A stretch of 63,713 nt of DNA, the filler included, from Globobulimina sp. (Eukaryota): assembly GCA_003354225.1 (NCBI GenBank). It is 44 parts of 44 records of this genome, joined end to end, with 100 filler letters (N's around TTAATTAATTAA, not from the genome) between each part and the next. Parts side by side here need not be neighbours in the genome. Positions count along the whole stretch, not along the records: positions 11,615 to 12,965 come from PIVH01018138.1; positions 13,066 to 14,416 come from PIVH01018139.1; positions 14,517 to 15,867 come from PIVH01018140.1; positions 15,968 to 17,318 come from PIVH01018141.1; positions 17,419 to 18,769 come from PIVH01018142.1; positions 18,870 to 20,220 come from PIVH01018143.1; positions 20,321 to 21,671 come from PIVH01018144.1; positions 21,772 to 23,122 come from PIVH01018145.1; 36 more parts are not named here. One strand, written 5' to 3'. The notes below the pieces were generated by a model that worked only from the letters and a program-made list of their open reading frames with translations, made no database searches and was not told the DNA's origin. Positions 11,680 through 25,424 of the stretch are shown piece after piece (within the stretch, counting starts at the first letter, position 1; each line of letters opens with the position of its first letter). Made by a program: the position numbers and the translations under genes.

Positions 11680-12965
11680 ATGGCAAAATCCATATCCAAT
11701 GATATAAATACTGCGATATCTGCGGGTTTCTCCAACGAGGAGAACCAACTCAAATTTTGCAGCACAGCGTTGCCGGGAAAGCATAAAGATACCATCGGTT
11801 TGGACGGCGCCAAAGGACAGCTATTAATATCGAACACGGACAGAATGTCTGTACTACCCACTCCATTCCAAAAAGACCAAATTATTGGCTGTGCCACATT
11901 TATATCGTGGCACAAACAGCAGCCGCGCTCCTTTACCATTTTTAAAATTATGTCTTCTGATTCATCGCAAGCCGATTTACCGACGTACCCATCCGATGAA
12001 AATGCCTCATTATTCCCAATTGATCAGAAACACGAATTGTATACATTTTTGAGTTTAGGCAGCAAGAACACGTCCATTCAGGTCAACACTGGACCCATTT
12101 TCCAAGAACAATGGTGCGACGAATTTGCGTTTCAAACGGCTTTTCATTGCGAGAAATCTGATGAGAAGGAAGGGATTTCAATGACTGATCAGGACGAAAT
12201 CAATTTGATCGCAGATAGAATTGTCGCAAATAGTGCGGAAGCAAAGGAGCTGCAGACATTATCCGAGAAGTTATTCAAAATTCGTGTCGATTTAACGCGA
12301 ATGACTGAGGTTGTGTTACGGCTACAAATCGCGAGCGAGACCTTGAACAATGACAAATTAGTGATTGATGAATTAGCCGTTGAATCTGTATTTTTATCAT
12401 CGCAGTTATATTATGTAATGTTTTTAGATAAATTGGCAGATTTTGATGAGAATATAATGAAACGCGTCTCGCTGTTGATGCAGTTAAACAAATGTGCAGC
12501 AGAAAAGATACAATTTTCAAATGATCCGTTATTACAGAAGTTGTTGGATGAAAAGGATAAAATTAAGCGGCCGACCAATGCGGAGTTGTTTCGAATAATA
12601 TCTCAATATGATTTTCAGTTAATCATATTGATAAAAGTGTGCAGCAATCCGGGGTGCGACAGAAAGTGGTGATCAATTTGAATGAGTCAGATGCGCCAAA
12701 TTCATTTTTATTTTTAGGTAAACACGGCGCGCAGTCACAGTTATTGACTTTGTGGAAAATGATATCGCGGGACAGATTATTGAATATTGACGAAACCTCG
12801 CCTCAGGCCAAAAAGCAAGAGTTTTTACTGGATGTAATTGCATTTTATTTGAGCATACCTTTAGCAACCAAGCTACTGCATTCAGCGGTGGACCCTGAGG
12901 ATGGAGTGCAAGAATTTTTGGCTGTCGACGATGCATCTGGAGGACATTACATTTTTTTCCAGTTT
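11680..12965 (+). CDS. Hypothetical intronless protein with a frame break near 12660
   Basis: A 330-aa ORF overlaps a second ORF that is open to the contig end. No motif recognised. Confidence 0.45.
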
Positions 12966-13065
12966 NNNNNNNNNNNNNNNNNNNNNNNNNNNNNNNNNNN
13001 NNNNNNNNNTTAATTAATTAANNNNNNNNNNNNNNNNNNNNNNNNNNNNNNNNNNNNNNNNNNNN

Positions 13066-13400
13066 ACTATAATTATAGTGGTATGTTCACCAGCTATAAC
13101 TCTCGTAATTCCACCATCAGAAATATTCATTTCTTTCAACGTAAACAAATGTGGATTTCTCACAATTGCTTCATTTGTTGTCGAATCAGATTGTTTGTAC
13201 TTTTACCACCAAAACCAATCACAATATTTTCCTTCGTCAACAAAATCGTATGATCAAATCCTGTGCTTCCTTGCTCAATCTTTGCGAGCCTAAATTCACT
13301 GCAAACACTTTGAAACACTGTAATTTTGCTCGCTTTATTTTTCTTTGACACCTGATGTTTATTATTCCTTCCAAACAAATACAACATTTTTTTTTTCTGT
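13066..13400 (-). pseudogene. RCC1-repeat protein C-terminal fragment with frameshift
   Basis: LYLFGRNNKHQV and GSTGFDHTILLTKENIVIGFG, then after a shift near 13200 ...ITRVIAGEHTTIII. Confidence 0.6.
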
Positions 13401-14546
13401 GAAAACCTTTCAAGTAAGTTAAATTTAAAAAACTCAACAAATTGAGACTGATTCCGTCCCGTAAGACAACACAGGTGTTGCAACGGCAAGCCAGGACCAA
13501 TACGAAGGACAAGAACGCTTAGTAGATAATCCACTATTATGGTCCGATCGATGAAAAAAACAAACAAACAACAATATACTAAAGTAAAACAGAGCTTGGA
13601 TATCTTTTATCTGTTATCCGCTGTGTTTTATAATAAAAACATATAGAAGAGATAAAATAAACATATAGAAGAGTATTAATTAAAACAGTAATTGGATGTT
13701 TATATAATTTTAGTTTTTTATTGGATGTGATATGAAAAAAAAGGGAAAGGAACGGAATAAAATAAAACAAAAAAGTACAAAAATAAATAGTTTAATTAAA
13801 TACTCAGCGAATCAAACCCTTTACAAACCATATCAAAATTTGTAAAAAAATATAAATATATATATATAATAAATAAAATAAAATAAACAGAAACTGATTC
13901 CGCAGGAATCTACAATAAATTGAATAAAATGTTTCGGGATAATAATACCATGAAACATCTCACTGAATAATATTTTGAATTGCGGAGAAATTATATTGCG
14001 GTTTTGCTGCTTTTTATTCAATGCATAAAAATAAAAATAATATCGCAGGAATATACCATAAAAATATCTCGTGCTGTTTAATGTTTAATGTTTGCTATTT
14101 GATATTGTATTTGGTATTTAATATTTGATGATTGATATAATATTTAATTGACTAATGTCAACTAAGTTCGGAGCCTTAAAATTTCGAAGCATGTCACTTT
14201 TACAGTCACTTCTAGCCGAGATTGGATTTTTAAACTACGATGGCAGTTTACATACGAAACATCTAAGTAACATAAGCATATGCTATATTAGTTTAAAAGC
14301 AATCTCAAAAACAACAGGCGATTTTGCAATAAAAATAAAAAATGAAATCATATATATAGTCATTGGACGTCGTATGGAGGCTATTACAATGGATAAAAAC
14401 TGGAATTTATTATTATNNNNNNNNNNNNNNNNNNNNNNNNNNNNNNNNNNNNNNNNNNNNTTAATTAATTAANNNNNNNNNNNNNNNNNNNNNNNNNNNN
14501 NNNNNNNNNNNNNNNNTGCGGATATTTATGAGCAATCAAAGGAGAT

Positions 14547-14657
14547 ATTCCCGAGTTCCCGTTTTCCTGACTCCCAGGCTCCCGAGTTCCCGAGTTTTAA
14601 AATTTTCTAGTTCCCGCTCCCGGGAATACCCGATCCCGGGAAATTCCCGCTCCCGAC
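14547..14657. repeat. GC-rich cluster of TCCCG motifs, likely DNA-transposon subterminal remnant
   Basis: About nine TCCCG-type units in an AT-rich contig. No clear TIR or TSD found. Confidence 0.45.
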
Positions 14658-15317
14658 ATATAGTTTCTGATGAGATCACGAATATAGTTGAAATTGAGCA
14701 TATTGATTTTAATATGAAGAGCATATCAACGATGTACTGACAGGAAATAACACAAATATTAATAATGAATATGAAGTTGCTCGGACTTCAGAAATATTGA
14801 TAAGAAAATTATTATCTTTCCACAAAAATACATTGATTATATATTGAAATGGGATGGGATCAAAGCCGCAGTGGAAAAGGTTCAACGCAGTATTTCAAAA
14901 CTTCTGTATTTGGTCATGACAAAAATTGCATTTTATTATCATTCCAATGATCAGCTTAGTTCATGTTATGTTACCTATCGATATATACACATTTTGTTCC
15001 AAATATTTACAAAATCAAACATGTCCAACAATCGATGCACATAAATTAGCTGCAATATTACTTGCATATAATTTTAATTTGGAGCAAGTAAAAGGGCATC
15101 AACAAATAATTGAGTATGATTATAAGGGACATCAACACAGAATAACTGGAAGTCATTTATCTAAGCGGCTAAACCATGGATGTTAACGGAAGAAGCAGCT
15201 GAAAAGTATTCAAAACTTGATAGCTCAGATTCATTCTCTTTGTTTCTTAATTGCTTTTTTGCATTTATTTATTGAGGCACTTCAATTTCTTGTGCAAGGA
15301 TGTCAAGATTGTGAAAT

Positions 15318-15867
15318 TCAATTTCTTTCAAAAAAAAAGTTCTGTGGGTATAAGATTGTGAAATTTACAATTTGAACAGATGCATTTTGATCACATAAAC
15401 TGATCCATAATTTGTACAGTATATTCTCTCCGATTTCAACATTTTCAAAAGCAACACCTAAACTTTGTCCATTGATGAAATATATTATGTGTCTTTTTTT
15501 TAAATTCAATGATAAGCGAACAATATCGCCTTCGCCAAATATTTTGCCATAGTTTGTGTATTCTGTTAAGGACGATTTCAATGCCGAATAACCATTGACA
15601 TTATAATATATATTTGGTGGAATTGCGGAACATATTCCAATTCGAATGGCACTTTTAGAACAATTTGGAATTCCGGAACATATTATTTTGATATACCAAT
15701 CGCATACAATATTGCTTGTCGAGGGGATTATATTCGTTCCAGATGTACCACAGTCCCAACCAATCCCTTTTCTGCTTCGAATAATAGATTTAAGAGTGTC
15801 TGAAACAATAATTCCGTCCGCTTCAAGCACACATTCCTCATTCATGCAATATAAAAGACAAAGTGTT
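15318..15867 (-). CDS. B30.2/SPRY domain protein (C-terminal part)
   Basis: WYIKI...IRIGI...YGKIFGEGDIVRLSLNL...YFINGQSLGVAFENV...YKLWISL. Confidence 0.85.
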
Positions 15868-16033
15868 NNNNNNNNNNNNNNNNNNNNNNNNNNNNNNNNN
15901 NNNNNNNNNNNTTAATTAATTAANNNNNNNNNNNNNNNNNNNNNNNNNNNNNNNNNNNNNNNNNNNNTTACCTAACAATGCTATTATAACAATAATTATC
16001 ACCCTTTAAACAAAACATATAAAGCATTGTTAA

Positions 16034-16273
16034 CATATAAGCAAACCATTAAATCCCACCAATACAGAAAAGCCAATAAAAATAATTAGATTCTTAAATA
16101 TAGACGAAGCGGCCTTATTAAATAGATTCATATCTGGTCATCTAGAATTAAATGCGTTTCTATTCAAACATAAATACAGACAAATCAGATATAACACAAA
16201 TCCACAAGAATCGATATACCATTTTTTCATTAAGTGCCCAGCCTATGCACAGAAACGCACAATCTATAATTAA
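16034..16273 (+). mobile_element. Decayed non-LTR retrotransposon ORF2 C-terminal (zinc-knuckle) region
   Basis: Manual translation AALLNRFISGHLELNAFLFKH...ESIYHFFIKCPAYAQKR matches the LINE pattern RxxxGHxxLN...EsxxHxxxxCPxY. The CxxC pair is missing and stops flank the segment. Confidence 0.65.
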
Positions 16274-17418
16274 GCAATCGAGGCATTTTAATATGGGAAA
16301 TGTTAATTTATCCAAATTATCAAAATATAACTGTTAATACCAATAATAATGAGACATAAACACAATCATTTTATTCACCACTTTCAGTTATTCAACACAA
16401 TGATAACCACAAACCTGTTATTACTATTCATCAACAAATACATAAAAATAAAGTATGCGAAACAATATCCAATAACAAATAATATTTGTCTCAACGAGTC
16501 GGCTTGGAATTGTGCCAATAAATCACGAGATGAAATATCACATGGAAGGCAATGCAATATTGGTTTCGATAATGAACAAAATATAGGAATCGATTTTTTA
16601 TCATTATTTTTAACACATTTACATGAATTAAAGAGAGTAAAAGAGCTTATATTGATATGGAAAATAATGTCGGTGATAAACAGTGTATGATAACCACTGA
16701 TTATAAACAACAAATCCCAATTGGTCATAAACAAAATGAGCAAAGTTGGGTCTTTAGAGAGCTAAAATTAAGGAATCGTTTATTAGACCATACGAATCCT
16801 AAGCCTATACCAAATAGAAAGTGAATATTTTTGTGTGTGTTTGTTTCATGTTATAAATCTGTATATGTTTTGTTTTTTTGTTTTTTGATCAGAATTACAG
16901 AGTGTTTCTGGAATATATATTCAGAGCAGTTTGTATCCAGCCAGCATAACGGGCATTTATTTATGAATACACATGAAACTTGTTTTGGATTTTGTCCAAT
17001 AGAATGTGCTAATCTGAAAAATCAAAATGACCATAACTTTCGCAATAATGATGCAATCCAAATTCTTTCTAGTGCATAATATTTATAATTCAATTCTGCT
17101 TTTTTAAAATCCAATTTTCACCAATTTCTACCTCCACCATACCTCCACTGACAATCTCCTCCACAATTTAGTCGCCAATCCTCGCAAAACTGCACCGTAT
17201 CGTCAAACATCGAGTAGGTATATTATTTATCTGTCGACTCTGCCATCTGTCACCACAAACACTACATCGCAAACACACTAAACACATCACAAATTGTAAA
17301 CAAAACAAAACAAATAAANNNNNNNNNNNNNNNNNNNNNNNNNNNNNNNNNNNNNNNNNNNNTTAATTAATTAANNNNNNNNNNNNNNNNNNNNNNNNNN
17401 NNNNNNNNNNNNNNNNNN

Positions 17419-18417
17419 ATAAATATGTGGTATGATCGTATCAAGCAAGACACAATGGGTCAAAATGTCATTATGTTGCAAGAAATACATAAAAATAGCA
17501 ACGAAGCAAATAAATCACATGAAGTATTGAGAACAAAATTATTAAATACATTGAAAAATGAAAATAAATTCGAATCGTTCATTCCTTGGATGTATCGGGA
17601 ATTTAGTTCAGAAACAATTTTATGTTTTGTAGAGTTGGTACAGTTTAAAAAACGTTTGCTAAGTTACATGAACGATGATGTTGTTTCCGATCAGTATACA
17701 GAAAAGAAATATGATTTATATGATACAATCCCTAACTCATCCATTGTTTTTATGAATATTGAAAATATTCAAAATGTAAAGGAAATTGCACATTTATTGT
17801 TTGTTAAATATATTAAAGTCAATGCAGAGTTACAAGTTAATATATCTCACAGATTAAGGAATAAATATTATGATTTGGATAATGCGAATTATGTATCAAA
17901 AGCTGTCTCGTTAAAACAAACTCCGACATTGGAACAAAATGCAAGTTTATCCATCTCATTGGTTGACAATGACTCTCCGGAAAATGCATTATCAATCGGA
18001 CCAAATACAGATATTGTTTTTGAAGAAAAGGAAAATAAAATTAGCACAGCTGATGTATGTGAATTTGTTCATTTATTTGATGATGTAATTGAAGAAATGT
18101 TTAATTTTATGAGACAATCTTTTTTAAGATATGAACAGGAATATAGGAAACATTTGAAACAGCAGAAACAAAATGGAGATTTAGTAAATAATTCAACCGG
18201 AGTGAAATACAAACATTCAGACTCTGTTCCATCAACATCTACAAATGTGTATCGATCATATTCATATAATGATCAGAGGATATCTGAGATGTACAAAAAC
18301 ATAAAAAATGTTTCTGCAAAACGTACTGTCACACCAATTGAAGAAGAACCTGCTCAACATTTTGACAAAAATGGTAATGTCGTCTCTAATGGACATCAAA
18401 ATGAACAGATTCGTTAA
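17419..18417 (+). CDS. RGS-domain protein, C-terminal part (probably 7TM-RGS type)
   Basis: FIPWMYREFSSETILCFVELVQFK...LFVKYIKVNAELQVNISHRLR. Confidence 0.85.
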   Translation: MNMWYDRIKQDTMGQNVIMLQEIHKNSNEANKSHEVLRTKLLNTLKNENKFESFIPWMYREFSSETILCFVELVQFKKRLLSYMNDDVVSDQYTEKKYDLYDTIPNSSIVFMNIENIQNVKEIAHLLFVKYIKVNAELQVNISHRLRNKYYDLDNANYVSKAVSLKQTPTLEQNASLSISLVDNDSPENALSIGPNTDIVFEEKENKISTADVCEFVHLFDDVIEEMFNFMRQSFLRYEQEYRKHLKQQKQNGDLVNNSTGVKYKHSDSVPSTSTNVYRSYSYNDQRISEMYKNIKNVSAKRTVTPIEEEPAQHFDKNGNVVSNGHQNEQIR

Positions 18418-18905
18418 TGTTTCCAAGTTTTGTTGCGTGTTTTTGATCGTGTTTTAGTGTTTGTCGTTTTTTACTTTTGTTATAATTATTTGTTATCGTT
18501 TTTGTTGTAATTTATTATCGTTCACATTCAAGAAAACTTCAATATATGGTCTCACCAGTAGGGCTTGAAACAAATAATTCAATCACATGCAAACACTATG
18601 ACATGCAAAATCTATTTATGCCAAAACCACTGTCAACATACGAAGCATCAAACAATTTATTTAATGTTTCAAAATGCTCCGTTTTCCAATTGGTTGCTTG
18701 TCTCAAATCGATTGTTTCTATTGTATTACCAACAACACTCGCAATGCATAAAACATTCTCATTATTCCTNNNNNNNNNNNNNNNNNNNNNNNNNNNNNNN
18801 NNNNNNNNNNNNNTTAATTAATTAANNNNNNNNNNNNNNNNNNNNNNNNNNNNNNNNNNNNNNNNNNNNAAATATCTACGCGAATACCATACTACATACA
18901 TATAG

Positions 18906-19572
18906 GTTTGGTGCGGCAGAAAGATATTTAAAATCATCGACAAATAAAAGAGAATTGACGCTGTTTGAGATTGGCTGTTGCGGCGCATTCAGTGGCATTG
19001 GAATTGGGGCGGTTTTAACACCGACAGAATTTGTCAAATGTCAAATGCAGGCACAGCACACTGCGAAGCATTACAAAAATACAATGGATTGTGTCTTATA
19101 CCATTGTCGTAATAATCCATTCAATTTCTTAACTGGTTTATATGCGACATGTTTACGGGAGATACCAGGCACATTTGTATATTTCATTGCATATAAAGGC
19201 ACGACGCGCTCTCTGATGCACCTCACCGACACTCCGCACGATCACGATCCTGCAAATTGGATGATATTAACTGGTGGGGGTTTGGCTGGATTATCTTTTT
19301 GGGGCATCTTTTATCCGATTGATTTAATAAAATCGCAAATGCAAACACAGGAACAATATATTACTGCTGCCACTGCTGAGACAATCATATCGAATACAAA
19401 GCAGCGGCAGTCACAATCTGTTAATAAATTGTTAATAAACAGAGTGAAACAATATGGATTTTTATCATTATATAATGGATACTCTGTGACCATTCCACGT
19501 GCAATTATTTCAAATGCGTGCATTTTTTTTGTTTATGAATATTGTCGAAAATATTTGGACAAAACTATGTGA
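18906..19572 (+). CDS. Mitochondrial carrier (SLC25; ornithine/carnitine-like), last exon
   Basis: Signature Px[DE]xxK motifs PTEFVKCQM and PIDLIKSQM, plus REIPG. Acceptor AG at 18904-18905. Confidence 0.92.
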
Positions 19573-20320
19573 ACACAAACTAATAGTTCACTGAAAAGAA
19601 GGTATTGGGATTTGTGAGATTTGATTTTCTAAACAAATGTGTATATGTTTGTCGTAAATCGTAATCTGAAACCTGACCCAAGATATTTTTATTAAGTGTT
19701 CTGGTGACATTTGTTGTGTTTGATATTAATTATTATATTTAAGCTTTTTTCTTTAACCGACGTCCAATTTTGTACAGTCTTAAATTCATAGTTTTTTTAA
19801 ACAAGTTTACGTATCAGAATATAAATTAACATCTGATGAAAAGTAGCAACTGATGTACTGCAAAAATACAAGTTGACCATAGTCACCATACACAGTACAC
19901 ACTCAATAAAAAACAAAAAAAAGGATAGAAAAAATTTAGAAAATACAGCATAATAAGTTTAATAACCCTATATGGCCCATAATAAGTATTAATAGTAAGT
20001 ATTATATAAAAAGAAGAAAAAATTTATTTAATGTCAACGCAATAGCTTCAACGTTACCGTCCAGTATGTGTCATAGCAACAGCTTCATCATCGTAAACCT
20101 CTCTGTCATGAACCTTTGCTGAATAGACATCCGAAGAGACTCTATTCTTAATAATCGGTAATCGTTGCAAGCTCTTACCAGCTCGATGCATATGTTTCCT
20201 TTTCTTTTTCTTTTCATACTNNNNNNNNNNNNNNNNNNNNNNNNNNNNNNNNNNNNNNNNNNNNTTAATTAATTAANNNNNNNNNNNNNNNNNNNNNNNN
20301 NNNNNNNNNNNNNNNNNNNN

Positions 20321-21671
20321 TTCGGTGTTTGTTTCTCTTCCTTTTTGGCAGTGTGTGTTTCTTCTTTTTTAGCCGTAGCTAGAAATGGTTGCGAGTCGCA
20401 TTGATATAATGGCTTCAACCCATCGGGATCAGATAACCCATTTACGAATTCGCACAAACATAAGGGCCGACCAAACAATATCATGCACCGTCTTTTTATC
20501 TCATTATTCGTCTCCGTGGTGGTTTGGAAGACATTGTTGAAATCAAATATATTTCCCTCATCCCCTTTATTCCACTGATTGATAATATTTGTGGCCAATC
20601 CATTGTCGTCGCTATTGATATCGATAAATTTATTCGACACAAACCACTCTTCGTTGTCAAAATTGTCATAAAATGTGTCAATTATATTGGCATCCTCTTC
20701 CTCGCTCCAATACAAATAATATTCATCGGTGAAGCCCATCATTGAGCGATAATTGCTTTCAAATGCTTCATTCTCATCATCCGCATCCATATCACCACCC
20801 TCATAATTATAATAATCATCATCTTCATACAAACTTAAATGTTCCTCCTCTGCCTTCTGTGTCTGTGCACCGCTATACGTTGGTTGAAAAAACAATATCT
20901 TCATAATATTATGCGGTGTGGACGAAAACAAGTGTTTTTTATCCATTTCATTGATTTTATTCACTGGCAATATGGTAGGAAAGGACTGGATCCTTTGCTC
21001 ATGCAACCACTTAAATAGTTCACTCGGCATCCATTGCGGTGGTTGTATCGGCATTTTATTCTCTAAATATCCATTATTTCGTTTGATTGGTTTCGGATTA
21101 CAATAAACTAAATTATTAAAAACGCCATGCGCGTCTTCTCGGTTATACTCACAAATACATATCTCGCCATTCAATGTGGAATGGCATTTCTTTCTAATCT
21201 CATACTCGTTATTCTTACTCATTATATCCCCATTGATATCGTTCCAGAAATGCTCCTCTTCATTAAATTCACGGTCATATTCGTGAAATAACGGCGATTT
21301 GACGTGATCTGTCACGCGCCAATCACTCATAGCATGCTCATCATACCATTCGTCATCCAGTCCATAATAATCATTCATCACCGAATTGTAATCAAACAAC
21401 ATTCCATCGTCATCCACCTCCACCTCTTCATCCCCATAATAGCCATAATACGCATCGTCGTCATTATCATCGAGTGCATTGGCCGCATATTTTTTTCTGC
21501 CTTGCACAAAACCATTATCATACTCTGTAAAGTGCTCAAATGGCGACAACGAATGCATGCTCTTAATCTCATCGGCACCGCCTCCCTCCACATAGGCAAT
21601 GGGCACATGTCGCTTCTCGCGGTGTTTCGTATATCCTCGAAATTCATTCCGTGCCCTTATATGTAACGGTT
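20321..21671 (-). CDS. Asp/Glu/Tyr-rich protein with two 4-Cys modules (partial)
   Basis: The frame is open across the whole contig. Acidic DY-rich tracts alternate with EI-x3-C-x8-C-x-CE-x15/16-C. Confidence 0.7.
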
Positions 21672-21771
21672 NNNNNNNNNNNNNNNNNNNNNNNNNNNNN
21701 NNNNNNNNNNNNNNNTTAATTAATTAANNNNNNNNNNNNNNNNNNNNNNNNNNNNNNNNNNNNNNNNNNNN

Positions 21772-23122
21772 CGAGAACGAAATTCAACAGATCCTGAATT
21801 CGAACGCCATTATCGAAACTATCAACACACAGTAATTCCAATGTACACAAAGGTATGGTTTACTGGATTTTTACAGAACTTGAATCGAATCAATGTAGCA
21901 ACAAGTCGGCATCAAAATGCATTGATTATACTTGGAGATCCCTTGACAGGTGACCTCAGTTTGCCTTTGTATCAACTTAGCCGTTGGGCTTTGGCAAATC
22001 ATGCACTATTTGAGGATGGTGTCGCAGCCTGGATCAGAATTTCGGAACATAACAGAAATCATTGGTATAACAAGGAACATCAAATGAAACCATTGAGTGT
22101 GATTCGTGATGAATCAACAGCAAAATGGGGAGAACATCCACCATTGACCATGTGCAAAGTTGACGCATTGGAAAAATGGATGTATGAAGAGCCTAAATTC
22201 CCTCAAGCTCAAAAAGAGGAAGTATTGGTACCTCAACAACGAGAAATGAAAGTGATCGTAGGAGAAAGTCAAGCAGGTAACGTTTTCGGAATGAATACCG
22301 TGTTCGGAAGTGATTCTGACTACACAATAGTCCAAATTCGGGGATCGTGCAAAACAGATCCAGAAGCATCAGCACATTTCTACCGAGAGAATTTGTCAGC
22401 AGCTCATGAGACAAATCCAAGAGACAGAGAAGGGGAAGAAAGCGGAGTTTTGCCTGACGATGTAGGATACATCGATCCTGAACAGGAGGCAGGGGATGTT
22501 GCAGCTGCAGTACAACAAGGACCCTTCCTTCCAGTAGCAGAATCAGAAATGGCTGTCAAAGCAATGGCAGCGGAAGCTATGAATATAGTCACCAGCTTGG
22601 TAGGAAGAGAAACAATTGAAGCTACATTAGAAATAATCAGCAAGAAGAACGAAGCAGCTGAGACAAGTGGAGTAGGTAAAGTTCTGGATCAAATCCAAAT
22701 GGAAACAACAACGGAACCAGTAGAAGCAAACAAAAGTGTTGACATGGAAATTGATGAAGACGAACCTGTTGAAGTACCAAATTTGGCATATGATCCCACT
22801 CAGTGGTTGGAAACTTATGACTTAGTCATACCAAATGTGACAACACCAAAATCATTTGAAGAAGCAATGGCTTCAGGAAAGCATGCTTTGGAATTCAATT
22901 GGCAGTCATTTACACTGGAACAAATCGCAAAATTGAAGTTGCCCAAGTATATGGAAATCTACCTCAAAAGTGAATCAGGTGAAGCTGATCGTAAACGATG
23001 TGGTAAGTATTGGTTTTCCTCATTACTTCCAATGACAAAAAGACAACTCAATGTTATGTTGATTGAACAAAATGAAGAAGTCAAACGGTACACCGATCAG
23101 AAAACAGGTAATCGTGGTGTAT
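21772..23122 (+). CDS. Hypothetical acidic protein, open across the contig
   Basis: 450 uninterrupted codons with no introns. No family recognised. Confidence 0.65.
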
Positions 23123-23331
23123 NNNNNNNNNNNNNNNNNNNNNNNNNNNNNNNNNNNNNNNNNNNNTTAATTAATTAANNNNNNNNNNNNNNNNNNNNNN
23201 NNNNNNNNNNNNNNNNNNNNNNCCAAGTCCTTCAGATACTTCACAAGCTAGATAAAAGTCTATATTTATTCACCCACTCTATATCACATATACTTTAATT
23301 TGATCATTTGATATTATTTTGGATTTGGAGA

Positions 23332-23772
23332 ATGGCTTTCGTTCAAAAAGAACACAAAAAGAAAGTAGTGGAATTTGGCAACGATTATTTATTTCGCAAA
23401 ACAAATATTGTAGTGATTAGAAATAAAATAGGTAGCTATTTTAGAGTGAAGCCAGACAATGAGGAGGCAGTGGATGGAGCAGGAGGAAAAGGTGGAGAAT
23501 CACAATGGAAAGCTGAGCCATCTGATGGTGGCAAAAAAGTCACGTTTCAATCGGTTAAAACAGGCAAATTTCTACGGCTTACACAAAATGGTATTGATGC
23601 GGCAGGTGATGGTGACAAATTTTGTGTTTTTCGTGTCCATCACATGAATAATGTTATAAAATTGGAATCTTGTGACTTTAAAGCTCATTATGTTGGATGT
23701 GTTGCCAAAAACAGCGCAATGGTTGGTGGCGGCGGCATGTATTGTGACATAAATGTATATAGCCAAAATTAA
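23332..23772 (+). CDS. Beta-trefoil (fascin/actin-crosslinking-like) small protein
   Basis: Three internal repeats: VVIRNKIGSYFRV...DGAGGKG..SQW, VTFQSVKTGKFLRL...DAAGDGD..CVF, IKLES...HYVG...GGGG. Confidence 0.65.
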   Translation: MAFVQKEHKKKVVEFGNDYLFRKTNIVVIRNKIGSYFRVKPDNEEAVDGAGGKGGESQWKAEPSDGGKKVTFQSVKTGKFLRLTQNGIDAAGDGDKFCVFRVHHMNNVIKLESCDFKAHYVGCVAKNSAMVGGGGMYCDINVYSQN

Positions 23773-24096
23773 ATATCCTTCCAAGTGTTTCTTTTGTTTC
23801 TATCGCTTTTTTCATTGTAAAATTTGTAAATACTGATTTTAAGAATGAGCATCTTGATCCTTGCACAAAACTAATTAAGTTAACAAAAAACCACCTACTT
23901 CACCTCATGCCTGCTAAAGTTAAGCATAATTTGTAGGCAAAATACATATATTTTATTGCATGTTTGATAACACGTAGAAAAATGCAAGAAAACGAACACG
24001 GAACAATAATGTTGAGTATTTTTTGAATGTAAAATACAAAATGATGATAATTCCAAACAAACATATTAGGATTCATCAGGTCCACCAAAAAAACGA

Positions 24097-24573
24097 GTGA
24101 AAAAAGTGAGCAAAAAAAATGTTTCGAATGTTTCAGTACGACGCAGTTCACGCAGTCATCAGAAACCATCGGAATGGTGGATAACATCGCAAAGTCACAA
24201 CCAAAACGATAGTGATGACAATGACAATGATTCTGATAGTTCAGAAAACACATATTTACCACCAATCCGCCGCAGCAATGCAAAAATAAAGAAAAACCAA
24301 AATAAAAACAATAAATCATCGGATAAAGAGGAGAAAGAAGAATGCCATGAAGAGAGTACACAAAATACGGATTCTGATGATACGAATGATAGCGATCAGA
24401 ATAGCGATCATATGAATCCTATCAATCCTATCCATGATAGCAATAATACAGCATTTAATTTATTATCACCGCATAAAAAACAAAATGTTGATGATTTGCC
24501 ACAGCAAATAAATGTAATAATTGCGTCCAATGAGAATCATACAAAAATAATGAAAAAATTATTCTCAAACATT
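24097..24573 (+). CDS. Low-complexity S/D/N/K-rich hypothetical protein fragment
   Basis: Open frame with coding-like composition only. Confidence 0.4.
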
Positions 24574-24673
24574 NNNNNNNNNNNNNNNNNNNNNNNNNNN
24601 NNNNNNNNNNNNNNNNNTTAATTAATTAANNNNNNNNNNNNNNNNNNNNNNNNNNNNNNNNNNNNNNNNNNNN

Positions 24674-25296
24674 GTTCATCTGTTATCGTATTGATCAGTG
24701 TTTTATGGTATTGTTTGTCTTTGAACACTGAGTTTTCAAAACATCATAGAAAAATAGATACAAAATGCCAAACAAATACGCTTGATGAAGGTGAACAGGA
24801 ATCAATTGGGGATACACCATATTTGGATCAATTATTGATACCAACCATATCAGTGTTCATTCACTTCTTTGTAACCTTTACGATATACCCAACATTATTA
24901 CTACACATTCAATCCGAATGGGACACAGTAAGCGCCGATGCATGGATCAAATTAATGTCAATATATTGTATTGCTGATTATTTCGGAGCGCAATTTATTG
25001 TTATTCACATTGAATTAAATGGGTTGTTTATTTTATCAGTACTCAGGATTGCTTTCCTTCCGATTGCTGTTGCATTTCATAAATGTTTAATCATAAATAG
25101 TGAGATTGTATTATATATTTTTACATTTATTGTTGGTCTAAGTCAAGGACAAATTGGTTGCCAATTATTCATCAGATACGGACAATTATTACAGAATTAC
25201 AGGCAAGAAACAGGTGCTGCTATTATGCAATTGTCATTATGTTTTGGTATTTTATGTGGCGGATTGTTCGCAGAAACACTAATTATATTCTTCTGA
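24674..25296 (+). CDS. Equilibrative nucleoside transporter (ENT), C-terminal half
   Basis: FFVTFTIYP, ADYFG, LRIAFLP, GLSQGQIG and ETGAAIMQLSLCFGILCG match ENT TM7-11 motifs. Confidence 0.85.
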
Positions 25297-25424
25297 CGTT
25301 TTCTGGTACAAAAATAATCAGGAAAATGCGGAGTTTGGTGGAAATGCCATGATTTGTCGTTTTAAATAAATGAGGGTTCTTGCCATACACTTTCAAACAA
25401 ACAAAAAAACACGAACAGCTTAAC

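Noticed and set aside
14660..14700. CTGATGA...GAAA hammerhead-like core
   Set aside because: Stem II pairs poorly and no stems I or III could be formed.
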